The notes below the pieces were generated by a model that was given only the letters and a program-made list of their open reading frames with translations, had not been told where the DNA came from and did no database searches. Source: Patescibacteria group bacterium (GTDB lineage: Bacteria; Patescibacteriota; Minisyncoccia; Phycocordibacterales; JAKFXT01). Taken from it: DNA of 62,095 nt. Positions 35,404 to 45,735 of this stretch are shown here, piece by piece. Position 1 is the first letter of the stretch. Every line of letters begins with the position of its first letter. A program made the translations under genes and the position numbers. The stretch spans positions 1 through 62,095 of the forward strand of contig JAKFXT010000005.1 of assembly GCA_021731245.1 (NCBI GenBank), read 5' to 3'.

Positions 35404-35733
35404 ATGAAGACACAGCAACAATTAAAGGGGTCAATAATGGGCAGGGTCTATATGGGCTACTTTTTACGTCGTGTTTGGAGTTTTGCTATGTTGCGGTTCG
35501 CAGTTATAGCCGGGGCTCTTACAGGAATTTTGAGTTTTGTTTCTATTAGGCAAGTTTTTATAAATATGCCGAATCCAACCGACATAAACGCTTCTTATAG
35601 TTTTATAAGCGTTGCGGTTAAAAATACTGAAATTTATGTTCAGCTATCTTTACTAGCCATCCTTATGGTGGGTATTTTTACAGTTGTGCAAATACTTAAA
35701 AGTAGAAATGTGCAGAGATCTACCTTTGCGTAG
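35404..35733 (+). CDS. small multi-pass membrane protein downstream of the sigma factor (possible anti-sigma, speculative)
   Basis: 109 aa with three hydrophobic segments. Position is the only argument. Confidence 0.35.
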   Translation: MKTQQQLKGSIMGRVYMGYFLRRVWSFAMLRFAVIAGALTGILSFVSIRQVFINMPNPTDINASYSFISVAVKNTEIYVQLSLLAILMVGIFTVVQILKSRNVQRSTFA

Positions 35734-35760
35734 TCATTCTTGTCATTTTTTATTGAGTTT

Positions 35761-35794
35761 CTTATTCCAATGTTCTTAAGAACATTGGAATAAG
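35761..35794. terminator. perfect 34-nt palindrome, bidirectional terminator between 35404..35733 and recA
   Basis: CTTATTCCAATGTTCTTAAGAACATTGGAATAAG, flanked by T and A runs. Confidence 0.7.
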
Positions 35795-35838
35795 AAAAAA
35801 GGGAATATATTTAGATTTGGTTTTAGGGATAAAATTTT

Positions 35839-36873
35839 TTAACTAGTTTCCTTAAATTTTTGCTTAATGAGTTTAACTATTTCGTTTTCTATTTTGTGAT
35901 TTTCTTTTAGGAATGTTCGTGCCGCATCATAGCCACGGCCGAGCTTCTCTTCACCATATGAGTAAGAGGCACCTGACTTTTGTATAATTCCATATTTTTC
36001 ACCCAATGCTAGTAACTCTCCTTGTTTAGAAATACCTTCACCGTATAGTAGGTCAAACTCAGTGTCCCTAAATGGTGCAGCTACCTTATTCTTAACTACT
36101 TTTACTCTTACGCGTCCGCCCACGGTTTCTTCTCCTTTTTTAATTTGAGCAATGCGACGAATATCTAAGCGAACAGAACAATAAAACTTCAAAGCTTTTC
36201 CACCCGGAGTTGTTTCGGGATTTCCAAACATCACTCCTATCTGCATTCTGATTTGGTTTATAAAAATAACAATTGTTTTACTTCTTGCAACAATCGCTGT
36301 CATCTTGCGAAGTGCCTGTGACATAAGGCGAGCTTGTTTCCCGACATGGTGTGCTCCCATGTCTCCCTCAATTTCGTCTTTGGGTGTGAGCGCAGCAACG
36401 GAATCTATTACAATGACATCAATCTTTCCAGAACGAATTAAGCTCTCTGCGATTTCCAGTCCTTGCTCACCTGTGTCGGGTTGGGAAATTAAGAGTTCAT
36501 CAATTTTTACACCAAGTTTTTTTGCATATTCTGGGTCCATGGCGTGCTCCGCATCAATGTAAGCACAGACACCGCTTTTCTTTTGTGCTTCAGCGATAAC
36601 GTGCAAAGCAAGAGTTGTTTTTCCAGATGATTCTGGACCAAAAATTTCTACAATTCTGCCGCGCGGAAGTCCGCCAATGCCAAGCGCTTCATCTAGCCCC
36701 ATGGAACCAGTTGAAATTGCTTCAACTCCTACTCTTGGCTTTTCGCCCAATTTCATTATTGAATCATCACCGAACTTACTTTTTATGGCAGCAATAGTAT
36801 TGTCTATTGCTCTATTGTCTCGTATGTCGCTTCCGTCTTCGTTTATATTTGCCTTAGCTTTTTTCTTTTGCAT
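35839..36873 (-). CDS. recA: recombinase RecA
   Basis: Contains [24 protein letters not shown]-like [10 protein letters not shown] and [10 protein letters not shown]. Confidence 0.95.
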   Translation of the reverse strand: MQKKKAKANINEDGSDIRDNRAIDNTIAAIKSKFGDDSIMKLGEKPRVGVEAISTGSMGLDEALGIGGLPRGRIVEIFGPESSGKTTLALHVIAEAQKKSGVCAYIDAEHAMDPEYAKKLGVKIDELLISQPDTGEQGLEIAESLIRSGKIDVIVIDSVAALTPKDEIEGDMGAHHVGKQARLMSQALRKMTAIVARSKTIVIFINQIRMQIGVMFGNPETTPGGKALKFYCSVRLDIRRIAQIKKGEETVGGRVRVKVVKNKVAAPFRDTEFDLLYGEGISKQGELLALGEKYGIIQKSGASYSYGEEKLGRGYDAARTFLKENHKIENEIVKLIKQKFKETS

Positions 36874-36974
36874 CCCATTGAAAAATTAGGTTTTTAATTA
36901 TCTTAAAATTATATCGTGTCTGGTCTATAGAAAATAGAGTTGATTTATAAGTTTTTTGTTTTCTAGCATGATTG

Positions 36975-37020
36975 GAAAATGAAAAGGACCCACCGGCGAC
37001 GTACTGTCGCGGGTGGGTCC
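36975..37020 (-). terminator. strong rho-independent terminator (minus strand) of the 57-aa peptide gene
   Basis: On the minus strand it reads GGACCCACCCGCGAC-agtac-GTCGCCGGTGGGTCC followed by TTTTCATTTTCC. Confidence 0.75.
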
Positions 37021-37118
37021 CGGTGTGTCGGCCGTCGATGGCCGACGTTGTGGCTCAGGCTGGCCGGCGGAGACCCATTATTGCCCCGGGTACTCCGCTG
37101 CGGTCCCCTCGACCCGGT

Positions 37119-37292
37119 TCAGGAGGTGCGGCGCGCGCCGGTGAGGTTGCCCAAATTGGCGCCGATGCCCTGGCCGATCATGGTCTTGCCCGCGGCGGAC
37201 GCGCCGGCGGCAGTGCTCTTGGCGAAGTTGTCGGTATAAGCGAAAGTTCTCACATTCGGCGGACCTGTGGTGATGCCGTTCAGTTGCTTCAT
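37119..37292 (-). CDS. 57-aa Gly/Ala-rich peptide in a GC-rich cassette (not in the ORF track, below cutoff)
   Basis: Hand translation: MKQLNGITTGPPNVRTFAYTDNFAKSTAAGASAAGKTMIGQGIGANLGNLTGARRTS. A consensus promoter lies upstream and a strong terminator downstream. My hand count gives about 63 percent G+C. Confidence 0.5.
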   Translation of the reverse strand: MKQLNGITTGPPNVRTFAYTDNFAKSTAAGASAAGKTMIGQGIGANLGNLTGARRTS

Positions 37293-37374
37293 GGCTGATG
37301 CCTTTCTGCCCGTTTGGGCGTTGTGGAAGAACGATTTTGAAACTATTCAAACTTCTTTTTGCCTTGCAGACTCC

Positions 37375-37402
37375 ATTATAGCATACCTCCTGTCCTTGTC
37401 AA
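37375..37402 (-). promoter_or_regulatory. consensus sigma-70-type promoter (minus strand)
   Basis: The minus strand reads TTGACA (37402..37397), a 16-nt spacer, then TATAAT (37380..37375). This lies about 80 nt upstream of the peptide ATG. Confidence 0.6.
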
Positions 37403-37593
37403 GTATTCATTTATATTGTCTAAATTTGAGTCCTTTTTCTTCTCTTAGGTCACACTATCCGCCCTTGGCGCACCTTGCGCAGGCCGACTGGGCCGAGCAG
37501 AGAAAATTTTTAGAAAAAAATTATTCGTGTAAGCCAAGGGCGGATAAAAAAGAAATTTTAGGAATATCTTTTTAGATGCGTTTCAAAAAAGTT

Positions 37594-37947
37594 TCATTGT
37601 TTATAAACAATCTCCAGCTTTTTTTCTACTTTTCTTTGAAATCTGTCTACTGCTTTTATTAAAATAATATTATTACCATTTTGTAATAAAAGTTTTTCAG
37701 AAATTTTTCCGTTTTCATCCACAAATATTTGCCTATCATTTAAAGTTATGAAAGAAACACTTTTTGCCACACCTTCTATGTTAAGAAGTGGTTCTGAAAA
37801 AGTGGAGCCATTTATAGGATTAGTTATATAAATAGTTGGACCTTCCAAGTATTCTTTTGATTGAAAAAAAATAAGAACAATAAGAGCGGCAGAAATTATT
37901 CCAACGCCAATTTTTATAAGAAACTTTTTAGCGTTAAACTCTATCAT
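37594..37947 (-). CDS. small membrane-anchored protein, unknown function
   Basis: 117-aa ORF with an N-terminal TM helix. It overlaps the ftsK stop by 14 nt, suggesting translational coupling. Confidence 0.45.
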   Translation of the reverse strand: MIEFNAKKFLIKIGVGIISAALIVLIFFQSKEYLEGPTIYITNPINGSTFSEPLLNIEGVAKSVSFITLNDRQIFVDENGKISEKLLLQNGNNIILIKAVDRFQRKVEKKLEIVYKQ

Positions 37948-40243
37948 TTGTCAGGTCTTCTTCTGGGGAAATGCCAAGCCCTTCATCTTTCATCAAGACT
38001 TCTCTTGGTTTAGCACCTTCTCCTGCTCCTATCACTCCTTTTTCTTCAAGTAAGTCCATAAGACGAGCGGCGCGAGCGTAACCAATTCTAAGTTTTCTTT
38101 GCAAATATGAAGTAGACGCTTTGCCAGCTTTCATTATTGTGTCTCTTGCCTCTTCATAAAGATCATCATCTACGTCAGCGCCATCATCTTCAATTGAACT
38201 TGCAAACATACCACCAGAGCCATCGCCACTATTAGGTGTCAGGTCTATTTCATTTGGTGGGAATTTTTCTCCTTCTTTAATGATGTGTTTAGTAACTTTT
38301 TTAAGTTCATTTTCTGTTATGTATGGAGATTGTAAACGACTTGGTTGTGACATCTCAGCTGAAAGATAAAGCATGTCACCCGCACCGAGCAATTTTTCAG
38401 CACCTCCCATATCTAGAATGGTGCGAGAATCCATTTGAGATGCCACTTGAAGTGCAATGCGACCCGGAACATTGGCTTTAATGAGACCTGTAATAACATT
38501 TACCGATGGTCTCTGTGTTGAAAGAATAAGATGAATTCCAACCGCGCGACTCATTTGGGCAAGGCGTACAACGGCACCCTCCAATTCACGTGGGAAAGTA
38601 CTCATAATGTCTGCAAGCTCATCTATGAAAATACAAATATAGGGCATCATTTCAGGAAGTGGTTCTTTGTTTTCTTCGCCACTTTCGCCTTTACGTTTTA
38701 TTTTCTCAAGCGCCGTAGCCAAAACATTTTTATGATACGAATCTATGTCACGCACTTTTTCTGATTCCAATATTTCATAGCGTCTATCCATTTCTTTGCC
38801 AGCCCAACGCAAAGATGCAATGGCTTTTTTAGGATCAGTTATTACAGGATTTAATAAATGAGGAATGCCGTTGTAAAGCGTGAGCTCCACTCTTTTTGGG
38901 TCAATCATTATGAGGCGAAGATTTTCTGGAGAATTTCTATATAAAAGGGAAGTAATAATACTGTGAATCATTACAGATTTACCAGAACCCGTAGCGCCGG
39001 CAATAAGTAGGTGTGGCATCTTGGCTATGTTACCAAAATGAGATTTACCAGTGATGCCACGGCCGAGACCAACTAAAAGAGGTTTTTCTGATGTTTGGAA
39101 CTCTTCGCTACCTAACAATGAACCTAAACCGATAATTGATTTAGTTGAGTTTGGAACTTCGATTCCGACTAAAGATTTTCCAGGAATTGGCGCTTCAATG
39201 CGAACGGGGTGAGCGGCAAGCGCTAACTCCAAATTTTGTTGCAGGGTTAATATTTTTTGTAGACGCACACCTTCTGCGGGTTTTATTGCATATCGGGTGA
39301 CAGATGAGCCGATTGAAATCTCATCCATTTCAACGGCTATACCAAAGTTTTGTAGCGTACGCTTAATAATATTGGCATTCGCTTTAATGTCTCCAACACC
39401 AGGCTTTCCTCTGTCTATCTCAAGTAATGCTAGTGGGGGAGGAGTATATTCTTCGTTGCGGAAGGGAAATACAGAAGCTTTAATTTTTGAATTATTTTCA
39501 GATTTTTCTGATGCGTAGTTATTTCTTGTTTCGAATTCTTCATTTTCTTCCTCCTCATTTTCTATTTCTTCTGACTCAACTATTTTTTTGCTGATTGGGA
39601 CGCTGGCAACAGCATTTTCTACTAGGGTTTCCAAGGACTCCGTCTCCGTGACTTTTTTACTGAATTTATTTTTTATAGAAGTAAACAGATTTACAAAAGC
39701 TCTCTTTATTATAAAAAGAGGGGATACAAGAGGGAATTCAAATAAAATAAGTAGAGAAATTATTAAAACTGCGATGGAAATAATTACACTAACGTAGACA
39801 TCAAAAAGAGAAAGCAAGAATGTGGCGGAGCTTACTCCTATGATGCCACTCGCTTCTTTTTGGAAAATTGCGAGCAGTGTGAGTGATGAAAGAAAGAAAA
39901 GAAGACTACCTGCAAACCTGTGATCAGTTTCTTCATCCCCATCTTTGTCTTTTAGTAAAGAAACAGAAATTACAAAGGACAGAAGGGGTAAAATAAAGTA
40001 GCCAATGCCAAGAAGATAAGAAAGCCATTTATATATAGTGTTTCCGACCATTCCCGCTTTCTGAAATCCAGCCAAAAGTAATAGTAGGGAAATTGTAAGA
40101 AAAAGGATTGATCCTATAGAGTGACGAGTTTTCTTGCTTAGATTCTTGAGTAAAATTATGTCAAAAAGCTTTTTCAGGGAACTATTCCCATTATTCTTTT
40201 TTCCGTTTCTTTTTTCGCTCATAAACAGCGTTAATAATAACAC
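37934..40243 (-). CDS. ftsK: DNA translocase FtsK/SpoIIIE
   Basis: Has N-terminal TM helices, the Walker A motif GATGSGKS, IFIDELADIM, and a C-terminal gamma winged helix (TSYLQRKLRIGYARAARLMDLLEEKGVIG). Confidence 0.9.
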   Translation of the reverse strand: MLLLTLFMSEKRNGKKNNGNSSLKKLFDIILLKNLSKKTRHSIGSILFLTISLLLLLAGFQKAGMVGNTIYKWLSYLLGIGYFILPLLSFVISVSLLKDKDGDEETDHRFAGSLLFFLSSLTLLAIFQKEASGIIGVSSATFLLSLFDVYVSVIISIAVLIISLLILFEFPLVSPLFIIKRAFVNLFTSIKNKFSKKVTETESLETLVENAVASVPISKKIVESEEIENEEEENEEFETRNNYASEKSENNSKIKASVFPFRNEEYTPPPLALLEIDRGKPGVGDIKANANIIKRTLQNFGIAVEMDEISIGSSVTRYAIKPAEGVRLQKILTLQQNLELALAAHPVRIEAPIPGKSLVGIEVPNSTKSIIGLGSLLGSEEFQTSEKPLLVGLGRGITGKSHFGNIAKMPHLLIAGATGSGKSVMIHSIITSLLYRNSPENLRLIMIDPKRVELTLYNGIPHLLNPVITDPKKAIASLRWAGKEMDRRYEILESEKVRDIDSYHKNVLATALEKIKRKGESGEENKEPLPEMMPYICIFIDELADIMSTFPRELEGAVVRLAQMSRAVGIHLILSTQRPSVNVITGLIKANVPGRIALQVASQMDSRTILDMGGAEKLLGAGDMLYLSAEMSQPSRLQSPYITENELKKVTKHIIKEGEKFPPNEIDLTPNSGDGSGGMFASSIEDDGADVDDDLYEEARDTIMKAGKASTSYLQRKLRIGYARAARLMDLLEEKGVIGAGEGAKPREVLMKDEGLGISPEEDLTNDRV

Positions 40244-40441
40244 GCTTGCTCTCTAAATGACGTAAGGATTTATCTAGCGGATTAATTCTATCAATAGAAT
40301 AGTTAAAACCGGTCAAGTCAATTGTCATTTGGCTTCCCTGTCCTATAATTGGTCCTATAGAAACGAGAAGTTTTTAAAAGACAGGAAAATGTTTTCAAAT
40401 AATTTTTAAGTACTAAAAGACAGCGTATAAGACAAATAAAA

Positions 40442-41302
40442 ATGTCTCTAGATATAGAAAAAATTTCAAATAGTATAGATAACCTAAGCCCTTTTGAAAA
40501 GGACAAAACTTTCTTTTTTTGTTATAAGAAACTCAATAAACTTCTAAAGGCCATAATTATTCTCACCAAGGACAATAAAGATGAGTTTCTAATAAAAGAC
40601 ACTGTAGGAGCCGCTATTTCAATTGTTGATAATAATATTAAGTTTTTTATAGGAGGCAGTGAATTTTATAGAAACTTAGTAATAGAGAAAATGTTAATGA
40701 TATTTTCTCAAATTGAAGCACTTTCCATTAATGATTTTATATCTACAAATAACGCTCAAATACTCATTTCTGAATACGGAAGTGTCGCTAATATTGTAAG
40801 TAAGGCAGATGTTTTATCTCATAAAAATAGCAGAGAAAAAGAGCTTAAAAATGAGTATTTTAATGAAGTTTCTCTTGGTAACTTGGAAAGTAAAATAAAG
40901 GAAAGTTTAGAAAGAAACGAGAGGCCTATAGAGAGCATAAAGGACAGTATAAAAGACATTAATTTGTCCTATAAACATGACTTTAATAATGAATTTAGAA
41001 AAATAAGTCTAAATAAGAGTTACGCAAATAAAAAGGACAAAAATCAGAAGACTTCAGAAAGCTCTAATTCAAGAGTTGTTTCGAAATTAAAAAATCAAAA
41101 TAAAGAAAAAGACACTTCAGAAAGGACAAAATCAATATTAAATATTATAAGAGACAATAAATCAGTTACTATCAAAGATGTTTCAAATATTGTGAGTGAT
41201 ATAAGTGAGAAGACAATTCAAAGAGAGCTCTCCTCGTTGGTAATCTCTGGAGTCTTAAGAAGAGAAGGAGAGCGCCGTTGGAGTAGGTATTCCTTAGCTT
41301 AA
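40442..41302 (+). CDS. hypothetical protein with a C-terminal DeoR-like winged-helix DNA-binding domain
   Basis: The C-terminal ILNIIRDNKSVTIKDVSNIVSDISEKTIQRELSSLVISGVLRREGERRWSRYSL looks like an HTH. The N-terminal 220 aa are unassigned. Confidence 0.5.
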   Translation: MSLDIEKISNSIDNLSPFEKDKTFFFCYKKLNKLLKAIIILTKDNKDEFLIKDTVGAAISIVDNNIKFFIGGSEFYRNLVIEKMLMIFSQIEALSINDFISTNNAQILISEYGSVANIVSKADVLSHKNSREKELKNEYFNEVSLGNLESKIKESLERNERPIESIKDSIKDINLSYKHDFNNEFRKISLNKSYANKKDKNQKTSESSNSRVVSKLKNQNKEKDTSERTKSILNIIRDNKSVTIKDVSNIVSDISEKTIQRELSSLVISGVLRREGERRWSRYSLA

Positions 41303-42127
41303 AAATAGATAAACTCTAGATAAATTAGAGAAATTAGCTTTAACTTAGATAAATAGAGCTAATTTGGGTGTTTTTATCATTATAATGTCACTATAATGTC
41401 ACTTTTTTGAGCTATTTTTGTTATAGGTTTATCTGTGTTTGTTTTTGGCTAATTAATCTAATTTTTATCATTTTTTCTAATAAACCCTTATTTCACAACT
41501 TAGATTGACTTAAGTACGTATTTATGCGAGTATTCCCCCTGTGGGTATTACTCGCAAATAAAGCTTGAAATAGGCCGATTTCTAAGGAGATTGGTTTTTA
41601 GGGCTTTAAAAAGGGGTTATCCACAAAGCTGCTTTTGCAGCTACTTTCTGAAAAACATATAATTCTCCTTATAGGTTTTAGTCGCCGTTTTTTATTGTGA
41701 CTTCTGCCTATATTTTTCCGTAAGGAATTCACTTATGTATCGTCAAGATATATAAGGGGAGGAGGACATACAGAAAGGGAAGGAACTTTGAAAATTTAAT
41801 ACTGGGAATGCCCCAAATACGCGGGGATTCCGGACATACAAAACACAGAAATTCCCTGTCCTGTTATGGCTGATTATTATTACCGAATTACCCACTAAAA
41901 TATTGATACCTAATTTTTAATTTCTTGTGTCGAAAACAAGAGAAATTAAAAAATAGTGTTTGTTTCTCTAAACTTTTTTTTTAAAAAAAGTTCGAGTTAC
42001 ATGGCGGAAAATGTTTTTTGGAAGTCGAAACTAAAAAATATTTTTCGTGTGAGTTATGAATTATTTTTTTCTTGAATAAAATCGAGAAATAAAATTATTA
42101 TTTAGAATTAGAAAGTTAAAATTAATT

Positions 42128-45100
42128 ATGAATTTATTAAAATCAAAAAAGCTTTTGAAAGGCATTGCATCAGCTGCAATTAGTCTTTCAATGGTAGTTG
42201 CCTTTGCAGCTCCAGTTCAAGCTATAACTCAAGCCGAAGCTACGGCTATCATTACAGCTCTTGGATTAAGTGGCTCACAAGCTGCTGTAATACAAGCTCT
42301 TGTTTCTGGTAGTACAAGTGGAGGAACAGTCACTGGTTCACTTTCAATGGATCTCCAAATGGGGATGACGAATGAACAAGTAAGAACACTTCAGATGATT
42401 CTAAACAAGTCTGCTAGCACCCAAGTCTCTTCAAGTGGAGCTGGTGCTCCAGGTTCAGAATCTAACTACTTTGGTGCTAAAACCAAGGCAGCGGTTATGA
42501 AGTTTCAATCTCAAAATGGTATCAGTCCTGTAGCAGGATACGTAGGTCCAAAGACTCGCGCAGTCCTTAATACAATGACTGGTGGAACAGTTACTCCAGG
42601 AACACCAAGTACTCCATCAGGGTCTGGTCTTACTGTGATGTCAGCTTCACAACCAACAGCCTCTCTTGCACCAACAAGCGCTGCACGCGTTCCATTTACA
42701 AAAGTAACTCTTACAGCATCAAATGATGGAGATGTTACAGTAAACGGAATTGTTGTTGAAAGAACAGGTTTGGCACAAGACGCTGTATTTGCTGGAATCG
42801 TTCTTCTTAATGAAGAAGGTATTCAGCTCGGTATAGCAAAGACACTTAACTCAAATCACCAAACAACAGTAGGTGATACATTTGTTGTTAAGGCAGGCAC
42901 ATCAAAAACATATACGATCGCAGGTAACATGGGTTCATCCCTTGAAAACTTCGCAGGTCAAGTCGCAGCCCTTTCAGTTGTTGGTGTTAATACATCAGCT
43001 ACAGTTAACGGCTCGCTTCCTATAACTGGTGCCGCTCACACAATTAACGCATCTCTTACAATCGGTACTGCAGCTATGACTTCATCATCTTTTGATCCAG
43101 CCACTGCAGCTACTAAAGAAATCGGAACCACAGCTTACAAGTTCAGTGGTGTCCGCGTAACAGCAGGTTCTGCTGAAAAGGTTCGCCTATGGTCTGTTCG
43201 CTGGAACCAAACTGGTTCTGCAGGGTCAGGTGACCTTACAAACATTAAGGTCTATGTAGACGGAACAGCTTATGACACAGTAGTGTCATCAGATGGTAAG
43301 TACTACACAGCAACCTTCGGTTCAGGAATTGTCATTGATAAAGGTCTTGCAAAAGACATTTATGTTCAGGGAGATATCGTAGGATCAAGCTCAGCTGCTA
43401 GAACAGTTCAGTTTGATATCTATAAAGCAACAGATATCTACATGACAGGTGAAACTTATGGTTACGGTATTACAGGAACTCAAAGTCAAAACGGTACCGC
43501 TGGTGCAACTGGTTCACAGTTTACTGCAGGCACTCCTTTCTTTGATGGTTCAGCCGTTACTGTTTCAGCTGGTTCTGTAACATCTGTTACTAAAGCTCTC
43601 TCAGTCCCTGCGCAAAACATCGCAGTTAATGTTCCAAATCAAGTACTTGGAGGATATGAAGTTGATCTCAAAGGAGAAGCAATTTCAGTTCAATCTCATG
43701 TATTTACTATCGCTAGTACAACGGGTAGTGGAACTGGCCTCTTAACTAACGTTTCCATCTTCGATGAAAACGGAGCAGTTGTCGCTGGCCCAGTTGACGC
43801 TACTTTCACTAGCGCTTCGGTTCAGACAGTAACATTCACTGACACTATTACTTACCCTGTAGGCAAAAAGGTCTACACTCTTAAAGGAAAGGTAGCTTCA
43901 ACAATAGGAAATGGTGGAACATATATTGTTTCAACTACTCCTTCTTCAGGATGGACAAGTGTTACCGGTCAAACAACTGGCAATACCATTACTATCAGTA
44001 ATGGAGCCTTGTCTATGAACACTATGACAGTAAGAGCCGCTGCTTTGGGTGTAAGTGTTTCAACACAACCTTCAGCTAGAACTGTTATTGCTGGTTCACA
44101 AGGATTCACTTTTGCGAACATCCTCTTGGATGCTTCACAATCAGGTGAAGATGTAAGACTATCTTCAATTCCACTTGAGCTCACTTATGCGACAATGGTG
44201 GTAACTGAAGTGACTTCATGTCAACTCTTTGATGGCACAACTGCTTTGAACACAGGTTCAAATGTGGTTAATCCAACAGGTGCATCAGTTGCATCTGCAA
44301 CATTTACATTTGATCAATCTTTGACAATTCCAAAAGGAACTGTGAAGTCATTGGCCGTTAAGTGTAATCTTGCAAGTTCAGTTTCATCATCCGACACTCT
44401 TTCATGGGGTATTGATGGTTCACCTTCAATGACACCTACAGGAGTTACTTCAGGAAATGAAGTTACAGAAGCTGTTACAGCTTCTGCTGGTCAAACTATG
44501 ACAGTTGCAGGAACTGGTTCATATACTGTTACAGGTGATGAATCACTTCTCTACAAGATGTCTCAAGCTGGTGTAAACAATGTTGAGCTTGCTCGACTAC
44601 GCTTTACAGCAGGAGCATCTGAAGATGTTTCTTTGAGACAAATTGCTCTTCAATTGGGCAATATTGCTTCAAACTCACCTGCAGATCTTCTTAATCAAAG
44701 AGTTACATTGTGGAATGGCACAACTCAGATTGGTACAGCACAATTCGGTGTTGGATCAGCTCCTGATAATGCTACTTCTACTCTATTGTCCCCAGCTCCA
44801 TTAATTGTTGCTGGAGAATCAATACTCATTACTGTTAAAGGAGACCTAACGGCTCAAAACACTAATGATGGAACACCGGGCGCATTCCTTTCTGTTACTT
44901 ACGATGGTGATAACGTCGGAATTAATGGTAACTATGCTCAAGGAGTTTCTTCACAAGCAAACATTAGTTCTGGAACAACCGCTGATGTTACTACTGCTGG
45001 AACAAGAATCTTCAGAACAGTGCCTTCTATTGCTGTAACAAGTAATGGCGGAACACTTTCAGCTGGAGGTGACTTGTACAGATTTGTGGTTACTAACCCA

Positions 45101-45595
45101 AACAGTAGAGATGTAGTATTCCAGAAGTTCTCAATGTCAGTTGCAACCAGTGGTGGAGCAACAAACGGATTCATACTCTTCGGAGATGGAATTGCGTTTA
45201 ACAACTCAACTTCTACAGTAAATAACGAAACTGTTATTGAACTTAGAGCCACAGGTACTTCACAAGCTCAAATTGTTCCTGCTAATAGTTCAAAGACATA
45301 TGTCTTAAGAGCTACAACAGCAGTGGACACAGCTGCAGTTTCTGAACAAATTACATTGGCACTTCTAGCGGACACATCTTACCCAGTTGGAATAGGAGCT
45401 TTGATGGGTTCTGTTGCTCAAGTTGAAACAAATGAGGCCAACATAGATAATATGATTTGGTCACCGTTCTCAACAACAACACCTGTTGCTACAGCAGATA
45501 CCCAAACTGTTCAAGATTGGACAAATGGATATGGTATGCCTGGATTCCCAAGCAATACTTCATTCCCAACCCAGACTTGGACTCGTGCTAACTAA
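42128..45595 (+). CDS. 1155-aa secreted cell-surface (S-layer-like) protein with an N-terminal peptidoglycan-binding domain
   Basis: Has a signal peptide ending AAPVQA and a PG_binding_1-like segment (VRTLQMILN...YFGAKTKAAVMKFQSQNGISPVAGYVGPKT). About 1000 aa of Thr/Ser/Gly/Ala/Val-rich beta-type sequence follow, and a strong terminator ends the gene. Confidence 0.6.
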   Translation: MNLLKSKKLLKGIASAAISLSMVVAFAAPVQAITQAEATAIITALGLSGSQAAVIQALVSGSTSGGTVTGSLSMDLQMGMTNEQVRTLQMILNKSASTQVSSSGAGAPGSESNYFGAKTKAAVMKFQSQNGISPVAGYVGPKTRAVLNTMTGGTVTPGTPSTPSGSGLTVMSASQPTASLAPTSAARVPFTKVTLTASNDGDVTVNGIVVERTGLAQDAVFAGIVLLNEEGIQLGIAKTLNSNHQTTVGDTFVVKAGTSKTYTIAGNMGSSLENFAGQVAALSVVGVNTSATVNGSLPITGAAHTINASLTIGTAAMTSSSFDPATAATKEIGTTAYKFSGVRVTAGSAEKVRLWSVRWNQTGSAGSGDLTNIKVYVDGTAYDTVVSSDGKYYTATFGSGIVIDKGLAKDIYVQGDIVGSSSAARTVQFDIYKATDIYMTGETYGYGITGTQSQNGTAGATGSQFTAGTPFFDGSAVTVSAGSVTSVTKALSVPAQNIAVNVPNQVLGGYEVDLKGEAISVQSHVFTIASTTGSGTGLLTNVSIFDENGAVVAGPVDATFTSASVQTVTFTDTITYPVGKKVYTLKGKVASTIGNGGTYIVSTTPSSGWTSVTGQTTGNTITISNGALSMNTMTVRAAALGVSVSTQPSARTVIAGSQGFTFANILLDASQSGEDVRLSSIPLELTYATMVVTEVTSCQLFDGTTALNTGSNVVNPTGASVASATFTFDQSLTIPKGTVKSLAVKCNLASSVSSSDTLSWGIDGSPSMTPTGVTSGNEVTEAVTASAGQTMTVAGTGSYTVTGDESLLYKMSQAGVNNVELARLRFTAGASEDVSLRQIALQLGNIASNSPADLLNQRVTLWNGTTQIGTAQFGVGSAPDNATSTLLSPAPLIVAGESILITVKGDLTAQNTNDGTPGAFLSVTYDGDNVGINGNYAQGVSSQANISSGTTADVTTAGTRIFRTVPSIAVTSNGGTLSAGGDLYRFVVTNPNSRDVVFQKFSMSVATSGGATNGFILFGDGIAFNNSTSTVNNETVIELRATGTSQAQIVPANSSKTYVLRATTAVDTAAVSEQITLALLADTSYPVGIGALMGSVAQVETNEANIDNMIWSPFSTTTPVATADTQTVQDWTNGYGMPGFPSNTSFPTQTWTRAN

Positions 45596-45635
45596 TAACC
45601 ACTTGTGTCCCGATGAAAATCGGGAGGTTAAGCAA

Positions 45636-45676
45636 AAAACCCCCTACGCCAGTCTGGCGTAGGGGGTTTTTGCTTT
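45636..45676 (+). terminator. rho-independent terminator after the surface-protein gene
   Basis: AACCCCCTACGCCAGtcTGGCGTAGGGGGTTTTT. Confidence 0.8.
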
Positions 45677-45735
45677 TTCCATTTATCTGCTATAAATACT
45701 AATGTTAATTTAGGTTAATTTTTAGCTATAAAACT

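Noticed and set aside
36972-37350. ORFs 36972..37298 (+), 36979..37239 (+) and 37078..37350 (-) in the GC-rich block.
   Set aside because: The plus-strand ORFs run through the minus-strand terminator, and the minus-strand ORF (37078..37350) starts inside the 5' UTR in the wrong frame. All three give Arg/Pro/Gly-rich low-complexity products. The 57-aa minus-strand frame is the one bracketed by promoter and terminator.
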